Part shown: piece after piece, positions 29,503 to 37,787 of the stretch | Layout of the letters: each line of letters begins with the position of its first letter | Numbering within the stretch: the first letter of the stretch is position 1 | Assembly (NCBI GenBank): GCA_963828255.1 | Contig: CAWHDZ010000016.1 | Coordinates: forward strand, 64,001 to 128,000 | Direction of reading: 5' to 3' | DNA: 64,000 nucleotides | Source of the DNA: an uncultured delta proteobacterium | GTDB lineage: Bacteria > Myxococcota > Myxococcia > Myxococcales > Anaeromyxobacteraceae | Position numbers and translations under genes: made by a program | Notes under the pieces: model-generated | Seen by the model: only the letters and a program-made list of their open reading frames with translations | Told to the model about the DNA's origin: nothing | The model's database searches: none

Positions 29503-31942
29503 CCACTGCCTGCTCGATTTCCCGGAGCGGGAGGCGGTCCGCGAGCGAGACGGTGAGGCCGAGCGGGTCTTCTGCTGCACCGGGTGCCAGGGCATCCACC
29601 GGCTCATCCGGGAGGAGGGGCTCGGGGCCTTCTACGAAGGGCGCCGCTGGGAGGAGGTGGGGCTCGCCGCCCGCCCGGAGGACCCCCAGGAGGTCGAGGC
29701 ATTCCGCGCCGCGCTGCGGGAGGGGAAGGACGGCCTCTCCGAGATCGACCTCTACGTGGAGGGCATCCGCTGCGCCTCCTGCGTGTGGCTGAACGAGCGG
29801 CTCCTGGGGCGGCTGCCCGGGGTGGCCTTGGCGCGGGTCAACTACGCCACCCACCGCGCCCGAATCCGCTTCGACCCGGCGGTGACCGCGCTCCCGGCCG
29901 TGCTGGGGCGAATCCGCTCAGCCGGCTACCTGCCCAAGCCCTACGGCGAGACCGAGGGGCAGGCCGCCCAGCGGCGCGAGACGCGCGACCTGCTCGTGCG
30001 GCTCGGCACGGCCGGGTTCCTCTCCTCGCAACTCATGGTCATCACCATCGCCCTCTACGCCGGCTACTTCCAGGGCATCGACCCCGGGACGCGCCGGCTG
30101 CTCGAGTGGGTGGGGATGGGACTTACACTCCCCGTGTACTTCTACTCGGGGGCTCCCTTCCTGCGGAACACCGTGACGAGCCTGCGCCACGGGCGGTTCA
30201 ACATGGACGCGCTCATCGCGCTGGGCGCCGGCGCGGCGCTGGCCTACAGCGCCTGGCAGATGCTCGCCGGCGGCGAGGTCTACCTGGACACCGCGGCGAT
30301 GATCGTCACGCTGGTCCTGGTGGGGCGCTACGTGGAGGCGGCCGCCAAGGGAAGGGCCTCCGAGGCGGTGGCCCGGCTGGCGGCGCTCCAGCCGCGCGAG
30401 GCCCGCCGGATCGAGAGCGTCCCCGGCGGCGGCACCGGGGTCCGGCGGGTCCCGGTGGCCGAGCTGCTCCCCGGCGACCGGGTCGAGGTGGTCCCGGGCG
30501 AGCGGGTCCCGGCCGACGGCGTGGTGCGGGAGGGGCGCAGCGAGGTGGACGAGTCGCTCGTCACGGGCGAGTCGCGCCCGGTGGGGAAGGAGCCGGGCGC
30601 GCCGGCCATCGGCGGTACCGTCAACCTGCACGGCTCCTTCGTCCTCGAGGTCACCCGCACCGGCGCGGCCACCGTGCTCTCCGGCATCATCCGCGCGGTG
30701 GAGGAGGCGCAGGCGTCGCGGCCGCGGATCCAGGCGGTGGCCGACCGGCTGGTGGGGGTCTTCGTCCCGGCCATCCTGGTCCTCGCCGTGGCGGCGACGG
30801 CGGGCCACCTGCTCCGCGGTGCGCCGGTGGCCCAGGCGGTCATGATCGGCGTGTCGGTCCTGGTCATCGCCTGCCCGTGCGCGCTGGGACTGGCCACGCC
30901 GCTGGCGGTCCTGCTGGCCACCGGCGTGGCCACCGGGCGTGGACTCCTGGTGAAGGGGGGCGACGTCTTCGAGCGGGCGGCCGGCGCCGACGAGGTGCTC
31001 CTCGACAAGACCGGGACGGTCACGCGCGGGCGTCCCGGGCTGCGGGAGGTCCTGCCGGTCCCCGGCGAGGTCGGGGATGAGGCGCTCCGGCTGGCCGCCG
31101 CGGTGGAGCGGCGCTCCGAGCACAGCCTGGGGCGGGCCATCGTCGAGGCGGCGCGGGCGCTCCCCGGCGAGCCGGCGCCGGAGGCGGTCGACTTCCGCGC
31201 CGTGCCCGGCCGCGGGGTCGAGGGGCGGGTGGCGGGGGTGACGGTGCGGGTGGGCAGTCGGGCCTTCGTGGGCGAGGCCGGCGCGGAGGTCGCGCCGGAG
31301 ATCGAGCGCGAGGCCCGGGTCCGGGAGGAGCGGGGTGACACGGTGGCCTTCCTCTCGCGCGACGGGCGGCTCGTGGCGCTCCTCGTGGTCGCCGACGCGG
31401 TGCGGCCCGAGGCCCGGGCGGTGATCGAGGACCTGGCCGCGCTGGGACTTTCCGTGCGCCTCCTCTCCGGAGACAACCGGCGCACCACCGAGGCGGTGGC
31501 CGCCCGGCTGGGCATCGCCGTGGAGGGCTCCGAGATGACGCCGGTGGAGAAGCGGGAGAGGGTCGCCGCGCTGCAGGCCTCCGGGCGCAGGGTGCTCCTG
31601 GCCGGGGACGGGGTGAACGACGCGCCGGCGCTCACCCAGGCCGACGTGGGCGTGGCCATGTCGGGCGGCACCGACGTGACGATGGAGAGCGCCGAGGCGG
31701 TCCTGGTCCGCGACGACCTGAGGCTGCTCCCTGACCTGATCCGGCTCTCCCGCAAGACCTACCGGATCATCCGGGAGAACCTGTTCTGGGCGCTGGTCTA
31801 CAATCTGGTGGCCGTACCGCTCGCGGTGGTCGGGCTCCTGCACCCCATCGTGGCGGCCGCGGCCATGGCCGCGAGCTCGAGCTTCGTGGTCGTGAATTCG
31901 CTGCGGATCCGCGGTGGTCAAAGACTTCACCCGGAGAGGTGA
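29486..31942 (+). CDS. ccoI: Cu-translocating P1B-type ATPase
   Basis: CDHC..FCCTGC N-terminus, CASC HMA domain, TGES, CPC, DKTGT and GDGVND motifs. Confidence 0.93.
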   Translation: MSLRCDHCLLDFPEREAVRERDGEAERVFCCTGCQGIHRLIREEGLGAFYEGRRWEEVGLAARPEDPQEVEAFRAALREGKDGLSEIDLYVEGIRCASCVWLNERLLGRLPGVALARVNYATHRARIRFDPAVTALPAVLGRIRSAGYLPKPYGETEGQAAQRRETRDLLVRLGTAGFLSSQLMVITIALYAGYFQGIDPGTRRLLEWVGMGLTLPVYFYSGAPFLRNTVTSLRHGRFNMDALIALGAGAALAYSAWQMLAGGEVYLDTAAMIVTLVLVGRYVEAAAKGRASEAVARLAALQPREARRIESVPGGGTGVRRVPVAELLPGDRVEVVPGERVPADGVVREGRSEVDESLVTGESRPVGKEPGAPAIGGTVNLHGSFVLEVTRTGAATVLSGIIRAVEEAQASRPRIQAVADRLVGVFVPAILVLAVAATAGHLLRGAPVAQAVMIGVSVLVIACPCALGLATPLAVLLATGVATGRGLLVKGGDVFERAAGADEVLLDKTGTVTRGRPGLREVLPVPGEVGDEALRLAAAVERRSEHSLGRAIVEAARALPGEPAPEAVDFRAVPGRGVEGRVAGVTVRVGSRAFVGEAGAEVAPEIEREARVREERGDTVAFLSRDGRLVALLVVADAVRPEARAVIEDLAALGLSVRLLSGDNRRTTEAVAARLGIAVEGSEMTPVEKRERVAALQASGRRVLLAGDGVNDAPALTQADVGVAMSGGTDVTMESAEAVLVRDDLRLLPDLIRLSRKTYRIIRENLFWALVYNLVAVPLAVVGLLHPIVAAAAMAASSSFVVVNSLRIRGGQRLHPER

Positions 31943-31945
31943 ACC

Positions 31946-32143
31946 GTGTCGCTGGGCCTCCTCATCGCCATCTCGCTCGGCATGGGCATCGCCGCCTGGC
32001 TGGGATTCCTCTGGACCGTGCGCAGCGGCCACTACGACGATCCCGAGGGGCCGAAGTACCGGATGCTCGACGACGATGACGAGCGACCGCCCCAAAAGGG
32101 GCGTGACGGAAAACGGATGGACGATCCGGGACGCGACAGGTAG
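31946..32143 (+). CDS. ccoS: cbb3 oxidase maturation protein
   Basis: FLWTVRSGHYDD motif. Confidence 0.9.
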   Translation: MSLGLLIAISLGMGIAAWLGFLWTVRSGHYDDPEGPKYRMLDDDDERPPQKGRDGKRMDDPGRDR

Positions 32144-32156
32144 ACGTAGCGCCCAC

Positions 32157-32975
32157 GTGAGCACCGCTACCCTGAGACACATCGCAGCGGCCGCGACGCT
32201 GGTCGCGGCCCTGGCCGCGCCGGCGAGCGGCCTCGCGGCCGACCCTGCGCAGCAGGGTGCGCCCCTCACGCTCGTCGGCGAGAAGACCAGCGGTGACACC
32301 ACGGTCATCCTCGTCCAGCAGACCCCGAAGAAGCCCTGGGAGACGCCGGCCTGGGCCTACCCGGAGCGGGGGCTCACCTTCTTCCCCGAGGGGCCGGGCA
32401 AGGGCAAGGGGCGCTGGGCCGTCGGCGGCCTCTGGCAGATCGCCCCCATGTTCACCGCGAGCTACCGCCACGGTCTCGGCTCGGGCTTCAGCGTCGACGC
32501 CGCGCTCCGGACCATCATCATGTACAACGAGCTCGGGGTGGGCGCGCAATGGGGAACCATGGTCGGCCCCTTCTCCCTGGGGCTCACGGGCCGTGTCGAT
32601 GGGTTCTTCGGGACCATGGGCAAGGTCTTCCTCTCCACCCAGTTCAACTCCACGGGCTGGGGTGTCCTGGTGAAGCCGGGCGCCAAGGCGGGCCTCCAGG
32701 TGACGGGCGACACCTGGCTCACGCTCATCTTCGAATCGTACCTGTCCGTCTACCAGGCCACGAATCTCGGCGGCCTCGTCATCTCACCCGACGCCTCCAT
32801 GTGGCAGGGATACGGGTTCACGCTGGTGGCCGAGTACTCCCCCAAGAAGGAGGGGGTCATCTACTACGGTGTCAGCCTCTACAAGACCCGCTCCAACTAC
32901 CCGCTCTGGTTCAACGTCGATTACAGCCCAAGGCAAATCGTCTACCTCGGTCTCCTGGCCGGCTATGAATTCTGA
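32157..32975 (+). CDS. Hypothetical outer-membrane beta-barrel protein
   Basis: GTG 32157 signal peptide; amphipathic strands; C-terminal LLAGYEF (BAM-type signal). Confidence 0.7.
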   Translation: MSTATLRHIAAAATLVAALAAPASGLAADPAQQGAPLTLVGEKTSGDTTVILVQQTPKKPWETPAWAYPERGLTFFPEGPGKGKGRWAVGGLWQIAPMFTASYRHGLGSGFSVDAALRTIIMYNELGVGAQWGTMVGPFSLGLTGRVDGFFGTMGKVFLSTQFNSTGWGVLVKPGAKAGLQVTGDTWLTLIFESYLSVYQATNLGGLVISPDASMWQGYGFTLVAEYSPKKEGVIYYGVSLYKTRSNYPLWFNVDYSPRQIVYLGLLAGYEF

Positions 32976-34422
32976 CCGTCGCATCCTCGCGCTCGCGCTC
33001 GTGGCCCTCGCCACCTCGGCCTGCCTGGACCGGCAGGGCACCGAGCCCCCGGTCTTCCCCGGGGGCGGCCTCCTGGCGCGAACGGTCCCGCCGCCGATCT
33101 GGCGGGCCGCGCCGGCCGGCACGCCCTACGAGAACCTGGTTCCAGTGCTCTCGGTCCTCGACGGCGTCTACGCGGCCTCGGAGCGTTTCGGGAACCCGGT
33201 GGTGGTCATCCCCACCCTGACCGGGAGCGCCGACGATACGCTGCTCGCCACCCTCGGTCTCTTCTCGGCGGAGCATCACGCGTTCGCGGTCCTGAATCCC
33301 GGCTGTCTCGTCGACTCGTCGGGTGAAACCTCCGTGATCCGCCTCGTGTTCGAGGGCTACTGGCGGTACCTGGAATTCCCCGAGCCCACTCCCAAGGAAA
33401 CCGGGCTCATCCGGCTCTTCGTGGAGCCGCAGCCGGCCGCAGAGGCCCTGTGCCGCGGCGAGGCGGTGGCTCCGGGCGCGGCCCGCCTCGTCGGCGCCAC
33501 CGGCTACGGGAACACGGCGCCGGTCGCTCCGGTCACCATCACCTACACCGGGCCGCGCAAGAGTCGGCTCGTGAACGGCGTGAAGTCCTTCCTGGTCGGC
33601 GTGCACCACGGCGGATGCCAGACCGTCGACAACTGCGGCGTCTCCGAGAACACCGGCGAGACCTTCATCCTCTCGAAGAAGCTCGGCGGCGACTACCTCG
33701 AGATCGACGTCCGGCTCACCAAGGACAACGTCCCCGTCCTCTTTCACCTCGGCCTGACTCCAGCCGTGATCCAGGGCACCTACTGCGTGGGAGGGATCGA
33801 GGACTGGACCTACTCGCAGCTCGTCGCCAACTGCCGGGCGCGCCACGGCGAGATCATCCCCCGGCTGGTGGACGCGCTCGAGTACGGTCTCACCCACACC
33901 GACCTGGTGGTATGGCTCGACATGAAGGTCGAGAACGCCGTCGTCCTGTCCAGCCAGATCATCGGCCAGCTGAACGAGCGGCTCGTGCAGTGCCAGCCCG
34001 GAGAGGCACCGCTCGACAAGAAACGCTGCCTCTTCCCGGGCAGCCTGCCGGTGATCGACCGGGTCCTCATCGGACTGCCCAGCGACGACATCATCAGCGA
34101 GTACACGACCGCACTCGCGGCCGGCCAGCTCACGCCGGGCCAGCGCTGCCTCTGCGAGGACAACGTCGACGCGGCGGTGAGCATCCCCTGCCAGGGGGCG
34201 TCCCCCCGCTACACCCTGGGGCCGCGCGCGTCCGACGCTCTGAACCTCCAATCGATGGGCAAGTTCTTCGGGTACTGGACCATCAACGACCCGGTGACCA
34301 TGAACGCCTTCCTGGAGGCCGCCCGGCCGAACGGGATCCTCACCAACTACCTGGGGACGCTCAACGTGCAGTGGGAGATCGCCGGCGTCCTGCCCCCCTA
34401 TCCCCTGGGCGTCACCCCGTGA
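32965..34422 (+). CDS. Lipoprotein with C-terminal glycerophosphodiester phosphodiesterase (GDPD)-like domain
   Basis: Lipobox ATSAC; HHGG..ENT, EIDVRLTKDNVPVLFH, IPRL, LDMK, WTIND and GILTN motifs; start ATG 32965. Confidence 0.8.
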   Translation: MNSDRRILALALVALATSACLDRQGTEPPVFPGGGLLARTVPPPIWRAAPAGTPYENLVPVLSVLDGVYAASERFGNPVVVIPTLTGSADDTLLATLGLFSAEHHAFAVLNPGCLVDSSGETSVIRLVFEGYWRYLEFPEPTPKETGLIRLFVEPQPAAEALCRGEAVAPGAARLVGATGYGNTAPVAPVTITYTGPRKSRLVNGVKSFLVGVHHGGCQTVDNCGVSENTGETFILSKKLGGDYLEIDVRLTKDNVPVLFHLGLTPAVIQGTYCVGGIEDWTYSQLVANCRARHGEIIPRLVDALEYGLTHTDLVVWLDMKVENAVVLSSQIIGQLNERLVQCQPGEAPLDKKRCLFPGSLPVIDRVLIGLPSDDIISEYTTALAAGQLTPGQRCLCEDNVDAAVSIPCQGASPRYTLGPRASDALNLQSMGKFFGYWTINDPVTMNAFLEAARPNGILTNYLGTLNVQWEIAGVLPPYPLGVTP

Positions 34423-35036
34423 GAGCCCTCCTCCTCGCCTTCGCGCTCGCCGCGGCCACCACCGTCCAGGCGGCGGAGCCCCAGGCCGCTCCCGCGCCGG
34501 CCGAGCACTCGGCCTGGGAGCTCGACGCCTTCGTGGGCTACGGGCAGCTGGCCTTCCCCTGGCCCGACACCTCGGCGTTCTCCTGGTGGAACGGTGGCCC
34601 TGCCGTCGCTCTGAGCGTCGCCTACCGGGGTCCGCATTTCACGCACCCCTTCCTCGACGTCTCCTGGGTCCCGGTCCTCTCGAGCGGGGGGAGCACCTAC
34701 CTGCCGGCGACGAACGGAACCGCGACGGTGAGCAACTCCTCCTCCGCGCTCGGCCTCGCCATCGGTCCGGGCTGGGACATCGACTGGTTCCGCGTGCGCG
34801 CCGGGGTCGGCCTCTACAGCGTGTCGGTGAAGACCACCGTGGACGGGGTCACCAACAGCGCCTCGGCGACGTCCATCGGGTTCATGGGAGCGGTCGCCGC
34901 CCAGGTCTGGCGCCCGGAGCCGTTCGGTCTCGGGGTCGAGTTCCGGATGGTGGCGCTCCAGTCGCCCACGAACGGCATCTACCAGACGCTCTGGCAGCTC
35001 GGCATCACCGGGCGCTGGGACTTCGTCCGGAAGTAG
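34419..35036 (+). CDS. Small outer-membrane beta-barrel protein (OmpA/OmpW-like size)
   Basis: GTG 34419 signal peptide VRALLLAFALAAATTVQA; about 8 amphipathic strands; ends ITGRWDFVRK. Confidence 0.7.
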   Translation: MRALLLAFALAAATTVQAAEPQAAPAPAEHSAWELDAFVGYGQLAFPWPDTSAFSWWNGGPAVALSVAYRGPHFTHPFLDVSWVPVLSSGGSTYLPATNGTATVSNSSSALGLAIGPGWDIDWFRVRAGVGLYSVSVKTTVDGVTNSASATSIGFMGAVAAQVWRPEPFGLGVEFRMVALQSPTNGIYQTLWQLGITGRWDFVRK

Positions 35037-35038
35037 CA

Positions 35039-35058
35039 GCGCCGGCTTCAGCCGGCGC
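35039..35058. terminator. Hairpin between convergent genes
   Basis: GCGCCGGC-TTCA-GCCGGCGC perfect 8-bp stem; no U-tract. Confidence 0.45.
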
Positions 35059-35063
35059 AATCC

Positions 35064-36212
35064 TCACCTGAAGGTCGCCCGGAACTCGTCAATTGGAGAG
35101 GGCGGATCCCGCCACTCCTCCCCCGGCACCTGGACCGGAAGCGCGCGCCCGGATAGCCCGTCCGGCCCCAGCTCCAGCAGTACGAAGTGCCGGACCCCCT
35201 CGACGAAGATCGCCAATCCTTCCTCCCGCCTGTCCCGGGGCTGGAAGAACCGGCCGCCGGCCCCTCCGCTCACCACGTAGTTCACCGGACGCCCCTCGAA
35301 GCCGGGACGGACGATGCGCTCGTAGGCGTGGATGTGGCCGGAGAGGACCAGCGCCACGGGATGGCGATCGAGGATGTCCTCCACGACGCGCTTCTTCACC
35401 CAGGGTACGCCCCGCTCCTGCCTCCCCGAGGACATGGGAGGCAGGTGAAGGAGCACGATGGGCCGCAGCCCCAGCCGGTCGGCCTCGGAGAGGCGCGACT
35501 CGAGCCAGGTGAGCTGGGGGCCGCCCTCGGGCATCGGGTCGCGGTCGCCGAACATGTCGGTCCCGGTGTCGAGGACGAGGAAGCGCCAGCCTCCCTGGTC
35601 GACGGAATACCAGAAGCCGGTCGGGGGGAGCTCCGGCGCCCCGGGAGGCGAGAACAGGCTCGCGAACTGGGCCTCGTCGACGACGTGGTACGCGTCGTGG
35701 TTGCCCCGTGCGGCCAGCACGGGGACGCCGGCCTTGCGCAGCGGCCCGGTATCCTCGAGCCAGCCGTTGAGATCGGGCGGCTTCCGGGGAGGCGCCACGG
35801 CGCCGAGCAGGGTCTCGTGGACGGCGGCCGGGAAGGGGACGACGGTGAGCAGCGACACCCAGGCGTGTCCCCGCACGTACTGCGGCCAGAAGGGTACGGC
35901 GTACTGCCATCCACCCCAGTCCGGCATGTGTCCGGCCGGGAGGTGGTCGATGGCGTCGCCGGCGAAGAGGATCAGGTCGGGCTTCTCGGCCAGGATGGCC
36001 GCCACCACGGCCTGGTGGGCGGCCGAGTTTCCCTGGGAGTCGCCGTAGACGGCCACGCGCATGCGTTCGGGCGCGGTGGCCGGGAGCGGTGGGCTGGCGC
36101 GCCCCGTGGCCGGATCGAGCAGGTCGGGGCGGACGGCGGCGTGGGAGAGGGGGCCGCAGGCGGCCGTCGCCAGCAGGAGGGCGATCGCGACGCGGAGGGG
36201 GCGGGCGGCCAT
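35064..36212 (-). CDS. Calcineurin-like metallophosphoesterase (probable lipoprotein)
   Basis: GDSQ, AGD, GNHD and SGHIH motifs; signal ending ATAAC. Confidence 0.88.
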   Translation of the reverse strand: MAARPLRVAIALLLATAACGPLSHAAVRPDLLDPATGRASPPLPATAPERMRVAVYGDSQGNSAAHQAVVAAILAEKPDLILFAGDAIDHLPAGHMPDWGGWQYAVPFWPQYVRGHAWVSLLTVVPFPAAVHETLLGAVAPPRKPPDLNGWLEDTGPLRKAGVPVLAARGNHDAYHVVDEAQFASLFSPPGAPELPPTGFWYSVDQGGWRFLVLDTGTDMFGDRDPMPEGGPQLTWLESRLSEADRLGLRPIVLLHLPPMSSGRQERGVPWVKKRVVEDILDRHPVALVLSGHIHAYERIVRPGFEGRPVNYVVSGGAGGRFFQPRDRREEGLAIFVEGVRHFVLLELGPDGLSGRALPVQVPGEEWRDPPSPIDEFRATFR

Positions 36213-36221
36213 CGGTCCCTT

Positions 36222-36980
36222 CTACCCCCCGAGCCGCCGCTCGGAGAAGGGGGGGAGGCCGTCCGACTCGAGGATGCCGGCGATCTCCATCGCTGGTCTT
36301 GAGGGTGGGTGGAGTTTCCCGCTCGCGTGGAGATCGAGGAACCGACCCACCTGCGGGAAGGCCTCGACGAGGGCGCCCCGGACCGACGCCTGCATCTCGG
36401 TGTCCACCACGCCGGGCTCGTAGCTCACGAGCGACAGATCGACCGGCAGCGCCGTGCCCGGGGCGAACGACCTCGCCTCCTCCCCCACCACCTCGCCGGC
36501 CATGCGCAGGGCGGCCTTGGTCGCGCAGTAGGCGGACCATCCGGCGTAGGGGCGCCGCGCAGCCCCCGAGGAGACGTCGACCACCCGGAGCTTCACGCCG
36601 CGGGCCCGCCGCAGGAAGTGGCCGAGGAGCCAGATGGGCGCGACCGCGTTCACGGCGAAGGCCCGGGCCAGGCCGGCGGCGGGGGTGCTGCTCGTCGGGC
36701 CCACCGGCTCGAGCGTGGCCGCCCCGTTCACGAGCCCGACCCGCGCGCGCCCTTCGAGGGCCAGCGCCTCGCCGAAGGCGCCCTCGAAGGCCTCCTCCAT
36801 CCGGGCCGTGTCGGCCAGGTCGAGCCGCAGGTGGCGATAGCACTCGTGGTGAATGGGAGCCGCCCGCCGCGCCACGCCGGCGACGTCCCAGCCGCGGCGC
36901 AGGAGCTCCTCGGCCACCGCAAGGCCGATGCCCGAACTGGTCCCGGTGACGACGCAGATCCGGTCGGACGGGACGTTCAT
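36222..36980 (-). CDS. SDR oxidoreductase (benzil/sepiapterin reductase-like)
   Basis: TGTSSGIG, YCATK and PGVVDTEMQ motifs. Confidence 0.9.
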   Translation of the reverse strand: MNVPSDRICVVTGTSSGIGLAVAEELLRRGWDVAGVARRAAPIHHECYRHLRLDLADTARMEEAFEGAFGEALALEGRARVGLVNGAATLEPVGPTSSTPAAGLARAFAVNAVAPIWLLGHFLRRARGVKLRVVDVSSGAARRPYAGWSAYCATKAALRMAGEVVGEEARSFAPGTALPVDLSLVSYEPGVVDTEMQASVRGALVEAFPQVGRFLDLHASGKLHPPSRPAMEIAGILESDGLPPFSERRLGG

Positions 36981-36995
36981 CGGTGGACCCTCCCG

Positions 36996-37775
36996 TCAGT
37001 GGACGAGGATCGCCTTGGGGTAGGCGACCCGGAAGCCACGACCTTCTAGCGTGCGCTGCGAGGCCGTGCCCGGCTCGGTGGCCGAGGCGGCGAGGTCGCA
37101 GCCCCGCGAGGCCGCCCAGGCGAGGCGCGCCAGCACCAGCGCGCCCTGGAGCCCGCGCCCCCGGGCCGAGGGCAGCACCCCTGCGCCGGAGAGCCAGGCC
37201 ACGCCCCCCTCCGCCGAGGAGAGCGCGACACCCACCGGGACGCCGCCCTCGAGCGCGAACCAGGGCACGCTGCCCTCCGCCCGCGCCATGCAGCGGAGCC
37301 CTTCCCGCTGCGACTCCGACTGGACGGGCGCGCCCAGGAAGGCGCGCGAGAAGAGGTCGACCCAGGTCCCTTCCTCCGAGGGCGAGGCGACGCGGACGTC
37401 GTCGCCGGAGGCCTCGGTCGAGGGCGCCCGGGTCCAGACCTGGAAGAAGCGCTCCAGCTGGTAGCCGCGCCGCCCCAGTTCCTCGGTGAGGGAGGGATCG
37501 GTGAAGGGGACCACCTCGATCCGGACCGGACCCCCGCCCATGCCGAGGTGGGCCTCGATCCGGTCCACGTCCCCCTCGGTGACCGGGACGCCGAGCCCCA
37601 CGCCGATCGCCGCCGAGAAGGGGGACCGGACGCCGTGCGACACGGCCAGCCCACCCGCCACCTCGATGGCCGGAGCCCCCGTCCCGCGCGCCGCACGCGT
37701 GCGCTCCAGCTGGAGGGCATGGGCCCGCTCCACCCGGCGGGCCGTGGTCGCGGGATCTGGTGGGGACGGGGCCAC
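36996..37775 (-). CDS. GNAT-family acetyltransferase
   Basis: VLPSARGRGLQGAL acetyl-CoA motif; SQRTLEGRGF. Confidence 0.85.
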   Translation of the reverse strand: MAPSPPDPATTARRVERAHALQLERTRAARGTGAPAIEVAGGLAVSHGVRSPFSAAIGVGLGVPVTEGDVDRIEAHLGMGGGPVRIEVVPFTDPSLTEELGRRGYQLERFFQVWTRAPSTEASGDDVRVASPSEEGTWVDLFSRAFLGAPVQSESQREGLRCMARAEGSVPWFALEGGVPVGVALSSAEGGVAWLSGAGVLPSARGRGLQGALVLARLAWAASRGCDLAASATEPGTASQRTLEGRGFRVAYPKAILVH

Positions 37776-37787
37776 GCTTTCCTCCGG

